Source of the DNA: a virus
Taxonomy: Duplodnaviria; Heunggongvirae; Uroviricota; Caudoviricetes
Length of the DNA stretch: 64,000 bases
IMG/VR virus record: IMGVR_UViG_3300027963_000050
Reading direction: 5' to 3' (one strand)
Shown: positions 1 to 8,101 of the stretch, one piece after another
Layout: each line of letters begins with the position of its first letter
Position numbering within the stretch: position 1 is the first letter of the stretch
Program-made: the position numbers and the translations under genes
Notes under the pieces: model-generated
The model's input: only the letters and a program-made list of their open reading frames with translations
Database searches by the model: none
Told to the model about the DNA's origin: nothing

Positions 1-335
1 GTATTTTTGAACGCTTGTTTGATTTTTTTACTAAAAACGTCATTAATCCATTCTTTTTCACCAACAACATCAATCCGATAACCATATGACATTATGTTTA
101 CTTGAAACAATGAATTCACAATACGAGTCAAATCTTCAACAAATTTGTTCATTTTATTACCAGAATTAACTAAATTTAGTTTATTTTCAAGTAAATCAGA
201 CATATTTAACCTAAAATCAAGTCTATATGAGTATCCTGTATCCCTTAAAAAACCAATAATACCTTCAGGAAGATGTTTCCCGAGGTATCTCTCAATAATT
301 TTTTTTAATTCAGGTGTTATTTCATTGTGACTCAT
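1..335 (-). CDS. hypothetical protein (3'-truncated by window edge)
   Basis: Minus-strand frame from ATG at 333-335 (MSHNEITPELKKIIERYLGKHLPEG...) stays open to position 1. The start overlaps the upstream stop (TAATG). Missing from the ORF track only because it is incomplete. Confidence 0.4.
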   Translation of the reverse strand, partial: MSHNEITPELKKIIERYLGKHLPEGIIGFLRDTGYSYRLDFRLNMSDLLENKLNLVNSGNKMNKFVEDLTRIVNSLFQVNIMSYGYRIDVVGEKEWINDVFSKKIKQAFKN

Positions 336-703
336 TAGTATTTCTCAATCGTTTTAACTTTATGGTTATATGTTTTTTCAAACCATTCTTTTAATAATGT
401 CTCAAAATGGTCTCCAAATATAGATTGAATGTTTTTAAGCCAATATTCACCGTATCTTAATATTGGTAAATCTTCTTCATTACCTTCATCACCCGGAGTA
501 TCTTGATATTGTAGAGTCCAATCATCATTTTCCCAATCTTCTTCAGTATCTTCATAAAAATTTAACACATCTAAATCAACATAACGACTTTTTTCTTGAA
601 CCCAATAATCATAAGACCTAGTACCTTTTTCTAAATCAGAATAAGGTACCATCATCTTTTCAAATATGGAAAATAATTTATCGTATTTAATATTAAGGTT
701 CAT
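335..703 (-). CDS. hypothetical acidic protein with family-2-like leader (MNLNIKYDKLFSIFEKMM)
   Basis: Track ORF 335..760. The internal Met at 701-703 gives a TAA-A-ATG junction with the upstream gene and the 'aaggttcat' start context shared with family-2 genes. Confidence 0.5.
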   Translation of the reverse strand: MNLNIKYDKLFSIFEKMMVPYSDLEKGTRSYDYWVQEKSRYVDLDVLNFYEDTEEDWENDDWTLQYQDTPGDEGNEEDLPILRYGEYWLKNIQSIFGDHFETLLKEWFEKTYNHKVKTIEKY

Positions 704-704
704 A

Positions 705-1076
705 TTACCAAGTTCTACACGCCCAATATCTTGCCTTCCATCTTGGTCCCGGATTATCACAATTCATTCTTGCTCTAAAAGATTTTCTTCTAGCAGGATT
801 ATTTTTCTTAATGGTCATTCTTTTTCCGTGAGCAGATTTTCCACCAAAACCAAAGTTAACCTTAACAACTTTACCTTTGTCGTTCTTAACATACACTTTA
901 GATTTTTTAACATCCCCTTGCATAATTTTACCAAGTTGAACTTTACGTCCCTGATATTCTGCTTCATTTATTAAGTCACCAACAACAAAGTCGGTCTCTT
1001 CAACTGAACCGTAAAAACTATCGTCTAATTCGTTGAATATTCTATTGTACTGTGATTCTGTAATTATTATTTTCAT
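705..1076 (-). CDS. leader-family-1 protein (MKIIITESQ...), basic C-terminus
   Basis: ORF with the conserved N-terminal MKIIITES leader. The C-terminus is K/R-rich. Confidence 0.6.
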   Translation of the reverse strand: MKIIITESQYNRIFNELDDSFYGSVEETDFVVGDLINEAEYQGRKVQLGKIMQGDVKKSKVYVKNDKGKVVKVNFGFGGKSAHGKRMTIKKNNPARRKSFRARMNCDNPGPRWKARYWACRTW

Positions 1077-1663
1077 TTCTTTTTATAACTTGTCATTGTT
1101 GGTTTATTTCCTGTTCCCACTTTTGGGTCTTTTCTTTCTGCTGTTCTTTTTTGTTGTGTCATCGCCTTCTTCTCACCTTTATCGTATGATGATGCAACCT
1201 TTGGTGTTTCAGATGAAACTTTTTTTGATGGACGACATTTTGGGTAAGCTCTTCCGTCAGCATCCTTTCTTCCACAAGGTGGATGTTTCCCATCAACTTT
1301 TCTACTTACGTCAACCCATTTCTCCTTAAACCAATTACGTAAATCTTCATTTACATTCTTTGGTTTAATTCCTTTTTTTTTCATATTGATGGCAATGGCC
1401 GCTTGTTGAGCCGGACTTGACGCTTCGTTAGTTTCCTCAGATTCGTTAGCCGATTTTTTTTTAACCGTTCTCCATCCACCTCCGTGTTCTTTATACCACT
1501 TTGATGCGAATCCGTTAGCGTAAGCACTTGGATAGACCTTGTACTTAGATTTAGCCGCAGCCTTAGCTCTTGACCATAACTCCGGATTGGTAGGTTTGTT
1601 CTTACCTTCGGTTAAATAGTCCTTCAATAATTGTTCTTGTCTTTCTGTAATTATTAATTTCAT
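1073..1663 (-). CDS. leader-family-1 protein (MKLIITERQ...), Lys-rich basic protein
   Basis: Track ORF 1073..1744. The internal Met at 1661-1663 gives the MKLIITE leader and a TAA-A-ATG junction with 1665..2720. The protein is about 25% Lys; possible DNA-binding or internal head protein. Confidence 0.55.
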   Translation of the reverse strand: MKLIITERQEQLLKDYLTEGKNKPTNPELWSRAKAAAKSKYKVYPSAYANGFASKWYKEHGGGWRTVKKKSANESEETNEASSPAQQAAIAINMKKKGIKPKNVNEDLRNWFKEKWVDVSRKVDGKHPPCGRKDADGRAYPKCRPSKKVSSETPKVASSYDKGEKKAMTQQKRTAERKDPKVGTGNKPTMTSYKKK

Positions 1664-1664
1664 A

Positions 1665-2720
1665 TTATTTATAAATTTTTGATGGTTTAGTATGATGAAT
1701 AACTTCCCGACCATTACTTGATTGGATAACATCGTAATTCTCATTCTTAAACATAATGAACATATTACCTTTATTATAGAGAATATAATTCAAATTTGGT
1801 TTATCTTTATACATATTTTTCATTCCGTAAGTATGTACCACAATATCTCCATTATCTAATTTTTCAGTTTTAGTTACCGGTTTTACTTGAATATTAAAAG
1901 GTTTTTTGCCTTCAATTTTTATTGTAATGTCGGTGGCATCATATCTATCTTTTTTATGTCCCGGAGGGTATGTCGTATATTCAAATTGATATCCTTCTTC
2001 CGTTAACATTTTAACCAAATTCTTTAACGCTTCATCTTCATTTTCAAACCCACTTTTTATTGAGTTCCACTGTATATCCAATAACTTTTTTAAAAATGTT
2101 TTATCATTCTTAAAAACATCCGATAACCATTCAATTTTATCATCACCACCTTCTAACTTCCATCTATGGTTAATTAAATTCTTAACCTCATTTTTTGTAT
2201 CAAAAAAATTCATAATAGACCAATCAATATCATTACCAAGTCTTTCCCCAATAGTATGGATGTTTCTTAATCCGGATGTAAAGTCTTCATCTTCCGGTAC
2301 CCAATAATCAATAAAGGCCAACTTCAAAGAGTCATTAATTTCTTTAGCATTAAAATCTTCTTTAGAAAAACTTGGTTTATCAATTTTTAATAACGGCAAT
2401 AATTTATTATAAACATTTTGACTTAAATCTCTACCAAAAACAAATGGAGATTTTCCGTCAGAACGAACAAAATCTTTATGGAACGCAAACTCACCAAGAG
2501 GACCGTCAAATGTTACTTCAGAACCTTCGTGGTTTTTAACATATTCACTTTGATTAAAAATAGGTCCATTAAAATATATAACACCAATCTCTTCCGGTCT
2601 ATTCTTATCCGGAAGAACACCAATACTCTTATAGTGATATTCAGGTGAAAGAACATTAAAGTCTTTTACCTTCTTAACTTCTGAGATATTGTATTTAGAT
2701 TCTATATTTTCTATATTCAT
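1665..2720 (-). CDS. hypothetical protein (351 aa)
   Basis: Long ORF, tightly packed. No recognisable motif. Confidence 0.55.
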   Translation of the reverse strand: MNIENIESKYNISEVKKVKDFNVLSPEYHYKSIGVLPDKNRPEEIGVIYFNGPIFNQSEYVKNHEGSEVTFDGPLGEFAFHKDFVRSDGKSPFVFGRDLSQNVYNKLLPLLKIDKPSFSKEDFNAKEINDSLKLAFIDYWVPEDEDFTSGLRNIHTIGERLGNDIDWSIMNFFDTKNEVKNLINHRWKLEGGDDKIEWLSDVFKNDKTFLKKLLDIQWNSIKSGFENEDEALKNLVKMLTEEGYQFEYTTYPPGHKKDRYDATDITIKIEGKKPFNIQVKPVTKTEKLDNGDIVVHTYGMKNMYKDKPNLNYILYNKGNMFIMFKNENYDVIQSSNGREVIHHTKPSKIYK

Positions 2721-2760
2721 TACTATAAATATATTGATTTATAGATTAATTAACTAAAAT

Positions 2761-2790
2761 AAAAAACCCCCAATTAAGGGGGTTAAATTT
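2761..2790. terminator. intrinsic terminator hairpin (AAAAAACCCCC-aatta-GGGGGTT + T/A tracts)
   Basis: Perfect 5-7 bp GC stem flanked by an A-tract and a T-tract, directly downstream of the stop of 2790..3167. Confidence 0.7.
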
Positions 2791-3167
2791 TACATTTCCC
2801 AAGCCGGGTTGGTAACTATCAATTTACCATCTTCAAGTCTTGGCAATTCACCTAAGTCGTGGTAGTCAGCATATTCAATATCTTCATCATAATATTTTTC
2901 ACCGTCAAATATTACAAAATGTCTATCATCATCTTCTTTACCTCTTTGACTGTGTCCTTGAGCTTTATAAGAATCTTTAGTTGCTCTATCCACAGATGGT
3001 TTTCCAAAAATATCAGACCACATTCCTTCAGTGATTGGTTTAGCATCACCAAGTTTAGAGTTTAATAATTTGTTAAAATTTTCAGTAACAACTTTCATAC
3101 CACCGGTATGTTGTTCACGGATTGAATTTTTTTCTTCTTCCGATAAATTATTTAATATATGTTTCAT
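2790..3167 (-). CDS. hypothetical protein (125 aa)
   Basis: ORF followed by a terminator hairpin. Confidence 0.5.
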   Translation of the reverse strand: MKHILNNLSEEEKNSIREQHTGGMKVVTENFNKLLNSKLGDAKPITEGMWSDIFGKPSVDRATKDSYKAQGHSQRGKEDDDRHFVIFDGEKYYDEDIEYADYHDLGELPRLEDGKLIVTNPAWEM

Positions 3168-3212
3168 AGTATAGTTTTAATATAAATATGCTCTAACTAC
3201 AAAAAAAAGGAA

Positions 3213-3722
3213 TTATACCTTACCAAACACTTCAAAGAATTTATCTTCATTACTTTTTTCAGGTGGGAATATAAATGACCGAACGTGGAAGGTAACAAAG
3301 TCCAGCTCACAATAAGTCATCTTGAAATAATCCGTTAACTCTTTCCCATATTCGTTCTTACTTTTTTTCATACCATACTTATCATCAAAATATAAATCAA
3401 TCCCAACCAAATATTTTTTAATCGGGTCAAATGTTTCAGGGTTATACATCACATTTTCTCTATATCCCGCAGAAACAACATCTTGAATCTCAGGGAACAT
3501 TTTTGTAACAACATCATTGAATGTTTTTGGGATTTCAATTGGCCGGTTATAAGGACTCTCAAAATTATTAGGGTCAACAGCATTACCACTTGAACCATAA
3601 GCGCCGTATGGATTAGCGTAAGCAGTTATTTGGTTATATAAAACATCATCTTCTGTTTCCATACTATCTCTATAATTGAATTGGTAATAATCTTTCAGGT
3701 AGATATTGTTCAGGACAAACAA
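3213..3722 (-). CDS. hypothetical protein (169 aa; may start at internal METEDDV, 3662)
   Basis: ORF. The first 20 codons overlap the 3' end of the neighbouring gene, so the internal Met may be the true start. Confidence 0.45.
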   Translation of the reverse strand: MFVLNNIYLKDYYQFNYRDSMETEDDVLYNQITAYANPYGAYGSSGNAVDPNNFESPYNRPIEIPKTFNDVVTKMFPEIQDVVSAGYRENVMYNPETFDPIKKYLVGIDLYFDDKYGMKKSKNEYGKELTDYFKMTYCELDFVTFHVRSFIFPPEKSNEDKFFEVFGKV

Positions 3723-4092
3723 TGGTTATACTATCAATGTAACCCGGATAATCCAATAAGTAACTCATATCCACCTCATAGGTTTCCCTATAGTTCAACA
3801 CAATATACGGAGTGGTAACCTTATTGTCAATTTTGATTCTAACCTTTTCAAAATCAAATTGCATAAAACGATATTCCCCATTAACCTCACCCATCAGTTT
3901 TACAACCGTTGAGGTTTCACTCTCAGAACTAACCGAACCGGCAATCAAAAAGAACGAACCCGATGTGTGAGTCTCCGTCACATCCTTATTCACCAACTGT
4001 CGTAAATAAATTTTATCTGTATGATAATTTTTGTACTCAACTCTACAACCAACCATCAATAACACAGCAAATAATAACAATAACTTTTTCAT
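3670..4092 (-). CDS. putative lipoprotein (MKKLLLLFAVLLMVGC signal)
   Basis: Track ORF 3670..4137. The internal Met at 4090-4092 gives a classic lipoprotein signal peptide with a Cys lipobox. Upstream lie a TAtcTTTG box (rc, about 4094-4118) and a terminator. Confidence 0.55.
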   Translation of the reverse strand: MKKLLLLFAVLLMVGCRVEYKNYHTDKIYLRQLVNKDVTETHTSGSFFLIAGSVSSESETSTVVKLMGEVNGEYRFMQFDFEKVRIKIDNKVTTPYIVLNYRETYEVDMSYLLDYPGYIDSITIVCPEQYLPERLLPIQL

Positions 4093-4119
4093 ATAACTTT
4101 TTTTCACAAAGATACAAAT

Positions 4120-4157
4120 AAAAAACCCCACAATCAAGTGGGGTTATATTTTTTTAA
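4120..4157. terminator. intrinsic terminator hairpin (CCCCAC-aatcaa-GTGGGG)
   Basis: A-tract, 6 bp GC stem, T-tract. Lies downstream of 4154..4459. Confidence 0.65.
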
Positions 4158-4459
4158 GATTGAATGAATTTAATCTCAACACCGTATTGATATTCAAACC
4201 AATCTTTAATAAATGGTCCGGCATCATCTTCATTGGGAAAATAAACTTTAGCAAAGTTGTCTAAGAAACTCTTATCAATATATAATCTACCATCGTCAGA
4301 GTCATACTCCATCATAATATCACTATCATAATCATCGTCGTGACCATTAGGGTAATAAATAATGATAAAGTTATCATAATCAGATGCACTACCGATAGAA
4401 CGATTTAAGTATTGAAGTTGAAGGTCCCGGAGTTTATTCTCTGTAATTATTATTTTCAT
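4154..4459 (-). CDS. leader-family-1 protein (MKIIITENK...), highly acidic
   Basis: MKIIITEN leader. Asp-rich (DDDYDSD). Confidence 0.6.
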   Translation of the reverse strand: MKIIITENKLRDLQLQYLNRSIGSASDYDNFIIIYYPNGHDDDYDSDIMMEYDSDDGRLYIDKSFLDNFAKVYFPNEDDAGPFIKDWFEYQYGVEIKFIQS

Positions 4460-4464
4460 ATTAG

Positions 4465-4794
4465 TTATTCCGACACAATTATTTCATTTAATATAATAGA
4501 CATATTTGGCAACCAATTTTCCAACCCATATTCAATGGATGAGATTACATTATAATAATCATCCCGGTCATAATCCCCATTTTGATAAATATTAACATAA
4601 ACTTTAATACCCGAATCTGAATCAATTCTATCAACCTCAATACGATTGATGGAATCAATCTCATACAATTCATCCATCTCACCCAAACCCCAATCTTCTG
4701 ACTCCTCTCTAAGATTATTTAATTCAGAGTTAATTTGAGATTGGATATGAGTTTTTAACTTTTCTATTTTATTTTCTGTGACTATAAACTTCAT
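4465..4794 (-). CDS. leader-family-1 protein (MKFIVTENK...), acidic
   Basis: Track ORF 4465..4818 begins at a TTG. The ATG at 4792-4794 gives the MKFIVTEN leader. Confidence 0.55.
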   Translation of the reverse strand: MKFIVTENKIEKLKTHIQSQINSELNNLREESEDWGLGEMDELYEIDSINRIEVDRIDSDSGIKVYVNIYQNGDYDRDDYYNVISSIEYGLENWLPNMSIILNEIIVSE

Positions 4795-4814
4795 ACAAAT
4801 AAATATCAACCATT

Positions 4815-4864
4815 CCAAAAAAAGGGGGCGGGGGGATTGACAAACGACCGGAGGGAGTTCGGGT
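4815..4864. repeat. GC-rich 47-bp repeat copy 1 (AAAAAAGGGGGCGGGGGGATTGACAAACGACCGGAGGGAGTTCGGGT)
   Basis: Near-identical to 5431..5480. GC island in an AT-rich genome, about 45 nt upstream of a minus-strand start codon. On the minus strand it reads TCAATCCCCCCGCCCCCTTTTTTG. Confidence 0.8.
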
Positions 4865-4875
4865 CCGGAAAGACA

Positions 4876-4912
4876 TAAAAAAACCCACTCGTTAAAGTGG
4901 GGTTATATTTTT
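4876..4912. terminator. intrinsic terminator hairpin (CCCACT-cgttaa-AGTGGG)
   Basis: A-tract/stem/T-tract at the stop of 4911..5402. Confidence 0.65.
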
Positions 4913-5402
4913 AATCATTAGGGAATGAAGTGTTTGATAATAATTTATTAGAAATAATCTTCTTACTAATTTCCTTAACATTAGGGGTGTCCAACCATTC
5001 AGGAAATTGGTTTTTCCCACCTACGTGCATCGTAATATAACCATTCTTATTATTGTTACCATTATATTCAAATGGCCATTTAACTTTAGCAAGTATTTGA
5101 GGATTAGTCGATTTATTTATAACAGATAAACTAAACTTCGGATTTTTTGCAAACTCGTGTTGTTCCTCTTTATTTTTCAAATAATAATGTCTATCAATAA
5201 CCTCTTTATGTTTTTCATAAAAACGGTCCAAAGTAGATTGCATTGCATTAATCAAATCGGGCATTTTATCTCTACTTAATGTTTCACCATCTTTAAGAAA
5301 ACCTCTAAAATCAAAATCATCAAATTCTTCATTTAATATTCTTTTCTCCAATTTAATATTGGATTCCTGAATATGTCTGATTTTACTATAACTCCTATTC
5401 AT
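4911..5402 (-). CDS. hypothetical protein (163 aa)
   Basis: ORF preceded (minus-strand sense) by GC-rich repeat copy 2. Confidence 0.5.
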   Translation of the reverse strand: MNRSYSKIRHIQESNIKLEKRILNEEFDDFDFRGFLKDGETLSRDKMPDLINAMQSTLDRFYEKHKEVIDRHYYLKNKEEQHEFAKNPKFSLSVINKSTNPQILAKVKWPFEYNGNNNKNGYITMHVGGKNQFPEWLDTPNVKEISKKIISNKLLSNTSFPND

Positions 5403-5430
5403 AATATTATTTTATTATAAATATATCGTT

Positions 5431-5480
5431 CCACAAAAAAGGGGGCGGGGGGATTGACAAACGACCGGAGGGAGTTCGGG
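5431..5480. repeat. GC-rich 47-bp repeat copy 2
   Basis: Same 47-mer as 4815..4864, ending at the stop codon of 5481..6500. Confidence 0.8.
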
Positions 5481-6500
5481 TTACGTCGGGTCCGTCAATA
5501 AGATACAAATTACCTTGCAACTATACTTCTTCTTTCCCGTACTCTTATGATTATACACATATTCCACAACGCGGGGGGAATCAAAATTAATATCTTTAAT
5601 TTTATCCTCAATACCTTCCAAATCATAGTTCCCATCAATGTTAATCACAAACACTCTTGGAACATTAGAAAACCTTGCCTCATCCCCATACATCATAAGA
5701 TACTTACATACCTCATACGGGTCATTAATGGAAGACTCCCTCCAATTATCACCATAATCCCTCTTATACTCATTAGTGGTACTCTTGGAAACCTTTTGGT
5801 CAAACCCCTCCCCATTAATAAAGAAATCAAGACCCTTCTTCTTACCAAAGGTGGGGATAATATCAATATTACTGTTGAACATCAAATACTCAATGTAGTC
5901 ATTTTTCAACGTACTAAAAATTTTTAAATAACAATACTGTTTGGTATCGACAGTGTGTTTTTTATACGAAGATTCAAATAACTCAGGATTATAAACAGAT
6001 GGAAAAGTAACAGTTCTTGTTACGTAAGAATCATAGTTATTGGCAACATACGGATACTCATATTCTAAATACCCATCATTACGATACATCTCTTGGTAAA
6101 CCTTGAATACCTGCTTAGCGTTCCGACAATTCTTATACTTGTCACTCAATACATACATATCTCTCAATACATCCCGACAACTTATATATTCCCAATGATT
6201 AACAATGTAATCTGTAACATCCCCAATCTTTGAAATGTCCAAAACCTCATCACCCTTACGGTTTTTCTTAACCGGAACATTCCACTTATCCTTCATAAGT
6301 CTTAAGAATTCCAACCCCCTGTTTAAGTTACCAAGTATAGACTTAACCTGTTCCCTCTCTATTCCATTCATTATATTCATATCATAAAGATAACACATTC
6401 CCCCTTTACAATCAATTTTTTTCCAGAAAATTTTTTCATATCTCATATTCCGATATACGATATGAACCCATCCGGAAATTTTCCGGATTACTATAAACAA
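5481..6500 (-). CDS. hypothetical protein (339 aa)
   Basis: Long ORF. No recognisable motif. Confidence 0.5.
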   Translation of the reverse strand: MFIVIRKISGWVHIVYRNMRYEKIFWKKIDCKGGMCYLYDMNIMNGIEREQVKSILGNLNRGLEFLRLMKDKWNVPVKKNRKGDEVLDISKIGDVTDYIVNHWEYISCRDVLRDMYVLSDKYKNCRNAKQVFKVYQEMYRNDGYLEYEYPYVANNYDSYVTRTVTFPSVYNPELFESSYKKHTVDTKQYCYLKIFSTLKNDYIEYLMFNSNIDIIPTFGKKKGLDFFINGEGFDQKVSKSTTNEYKRDYGDNWRESSINDPYEVCKYLMMYGDEARFSNVPRVFVINIDGNYDLEGIEDKIKDINFDSPRVVEYVYNHKSTGKKKYSCKVICILLTDPT

Positions 6501-6511
6501 TTTCCGGATAT

Positions 6512-6543
6512 AAAAAAACCCCTCCGTTGAAGAGGGGTCTTAA
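6512..6543. terminator. intrinsic terminator hairpin (CCCCTC-cgttgaa-GAGGGG)
   Basis: A-tract, GC stem, T-rich tail, downstream of 6544..6816. Confidence 0.65.
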
Positions 6544-6816
6544 TTATATATGTGAGTGGTCTAATCCGTACTTTGAATGAAGTAACTTCTTACCTTTTCT
6601 TTTTAGATGATTAAGTGATTCATCATCACCTTCACAATATCTTATTATAATGGTATCGTCATCATCAATATCTACGTGACCATTCATTTTATTCTCATCA
6701 CATTCCACCGATTGTATATCGTAAGAAATATCTTCGTCTGAATCATTTTCAGTTATCAATGGTTTAACATTACCCAATGTCGATTCCAATAATTGTTTAA
6801 ATCTATTAACTATCAT
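6544..6816 (-). CDS. small highly acidic protein (90 aa)
   Basis: ORF rich in D/E (DDDDTIIIRYCEGDDE). Confidence 0.45.
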   Translation of the reverse strand: MIVNRFKQLLESTLGNVKPLITENDSDEDISYDIQSVECDENKMNGHVDIDDDDTIIIRYCEGDDESLNHLKRKGKKLLHSKYGLDHSHI

Positions 6817-6969
6817 AATATTGTTTTATATATAAATATACACAACCCCACAAATGGGGGAAATTTTTTCCCAAAAATTTTTTTAGAATTTTCTGAACAA
6901 TTTACCCATAAAGTTTTTTTTAGACATACACATTGCAAAAGGGATTATCCCCCTATATGACACACAGAA

Positions 6970-7085
6970 CCCGGAGGGGAGGGAGGGGGGATACGTCCCC
7001 CACGTACAGGGGAGGGGTATAGGGGGTTATTATGGGGAGGGGTGACAAAAAAACCCCCCTGTAAAAGATGGGGGGAGAGGGTGTA
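6970..7085 (+). repeat. G-run tract (GGGG/GGGGGG x about 9) with embedded CCCCCC-N10-GGGGGG hairpin/terminator (7045-7078)
   Basis: Sequence cccggaggggagggaggggggatacgtcccccacgtacaggggaggggtatagggggttattatggggaggggtgac... in an otherwise 30% GC context. The hairpin lies downstream of the 7153..7614 stop. Confidence 0.6.
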
Positions 7086-7152
7086 TATTTAATATATCCA
7101 AATGATATAGGGAAAAGTTATCAACCTGACAGGGTGACAGTTGTTAATAACT

Positions 7153-7614
7153 TTATTTGGTTGTGGATATAAAGTTATCAACAGTTAATCTACGTGGGGT
7201 CTTCTGAGGTGGGTCCCCATCTTTGGCTAAGATTGATTTAAAGTCGTATGTTGTTTTCATATCTTGGGGGATGTGTTCGTATAGTTCCTCAAGGGTCTTC
7301 TCTAACTTCCTTCTTAGGTCAAACATAGTTGAGTCTTCTTGAGGGTATTCAAAGTAACCACCTAAGGCATAAGTCTTTGTATCTCTTTCATCAGGTTGGG
7401 GTTCAAGTAGTACCCTCTTCCAATAGGGGTTCATTCTTAGTCCGGAGTAATCTGATAGTTCAAAGAAGTTAACATATACATCTATCCCCGTCATTGTGTT
7501 ATACTTATTCCAATCCTTAGTTAGGGACCATCCTTTAACGAAGGGGTATTTCTTTGATAATGCTTTGACTGAGATGTCTATCCCTCTATGTTCTTTATTA
7601 GATAATTGTTCCAT
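7153..7614 (-). CDS. hypothetical protein (153 aa), GC-richer than neighbours
   Basis: ORF. Its codon composition is noticeably more GC-rich than surrounding genes. Confidence 0.45.
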   Translation of the reverse strand: MEQLSNKEHRGIDISVKALSKKYPFVKGWSLTKDWNKYNTMTGIDVYVNFFELSDYSGLRMNPYWKRVLLEPQPDERDTKTYALGGYFEYPQEDSTMFDLRRKLEKTLEELYEHIPQDMKTTYDFKSILAKDGDPPQKTPRRLTVDNFISTTK

Positions 7615-7642
7615 AGTAATAAATATATTGAAAATAAATTAA

Positions 7643-7692
7643 ATAATCCCCCTTTTTGTTTGGTGGTTAAATTTATTATTCGTACCTTTGTA
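7643..7692 (+). promoter_or_regulatory. Bacteroidetes-type promoter 1: AATCCCCC upstream element, TTTG(-33), 20 nt, TAccTTTG(-7)
   Basis: aataatccccctttttgtttggtggttaaatttattattcgTAccTTTGta. Confidence 0.5.
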
Positions 7693-7840
7693 TCACTGAA
7701 TTGGTAACCAACCCAACAGGGGGCGTACCGAGTGGTGGAAGAGTAGACTCCAACCTGCTTTATATTTTTTATATAAATCCCCCATCTTTACTGAGAATCT
7801 CATAATCAACCCTACGTGGTTTTGAAAAAATAGTGTAATG

Positions 7841-7886
7841 AATCCCCCCTTTTGTTGTGAATGTCATAATTTATTTATATCTTTGT
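7841..7886 (+). promoter_or_regulatory. Bacteroidetes-type promoter 2 (duplicate of promoter 1 architecture): AATCCCCCC, TTTG, 20 nt, TAtcTTTG
   Basis: aatccccccTTTTGttgtgaatgtcataatttatTTATAtcTTTGtac. Same element order as 7643..7692. Confidence 0.5.
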
Positions 7887-7930
7887 ACTTTGACGGTGGT
7901 TATCACCGGTAACTCTTAATATCTTAAACT

Positions 7931-8101
7931 ATGATTATTCTTATTGTACTACTATGTCTGTCCTTTGTCCTGTTATGTTTTGGTTTCATTCAGGTATTTG
8001 TTATCCCCACTCTATCACCTGATAGTAAGTTACTTAAGTGGTGGGAGAAACATATGGTTATGGAAGACCCCTATGACAGAGGTCCGAGATAAATTCCTCT
8101 A
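7931..8101 (+). CDS. possible small hydrophobic peptide (56 aa, MIILIVLLCLSFVLLCFGFIQVFVIPTLSPD...)
   Basis: ATG about 45 nt downstream of promoter 2. Predicted N-terminal TM helix. Below the ORF-track size cut-off. Overlaps the 3' end of the minus ORF 8058..8396. Confidence 0.25.

Noticed and set aside
145-1329. Plus-strand ORFs 145..330, 666..974 and 1033..1329, plus many similar 60-130 aa ORFs embedded opposite long minus-strand genes (e.g. 2859..3065, 5547..5927, 12192..12416, 13306..13572, 13796..14032, 18971..19183, 20216..20407, 23646..23876, 24028..24303, 27780..28004, 29647..29913, 30129..30664, 31695..31892, 32204..32401, 33182..33418, 43023..43217, 45179..45460, 47041..47244, 48535..49120, 49312..49926, 50122..50331, 51843..52043, 60140..60749, 61671..62138)
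   Set aside because: They lie entirely inside, and antisense or out of frame to, longer ORFs with clear coding signals. Their translations are low-complexity and hydrophobic, typical of AT-rich shadow ORFs. No promoter or terminator brackets them.
4840-4870. TTGACA hexamer inside the GC-rich 47-bp repeat as an E. coli-type -35 box
   Set aside because: There is no -10 TATAAT-like hexamer at 16-18 nt spacing. The host signals elsewhere are the Bacteroidetes TTTG/TAnnTTTG type. The repeat makes more sense read on the minus strand as an AATCCCCCC/TTTG upstream element.
7690-7775. Possible tRNA or tRNA-like element downstream of promoter 1 (ggtaaccaacccaacagggggcgtaccgagtggtggaagagtagactccaacc)
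   Set aside because: No GTTC(R)A T-loop, no 7-bp acceptor stem pairing with a 3' end, no anticodon-arm geometry. It may be a small RNA but not a tRNA. I found no convincing tRNA anywhere in the window by eye.
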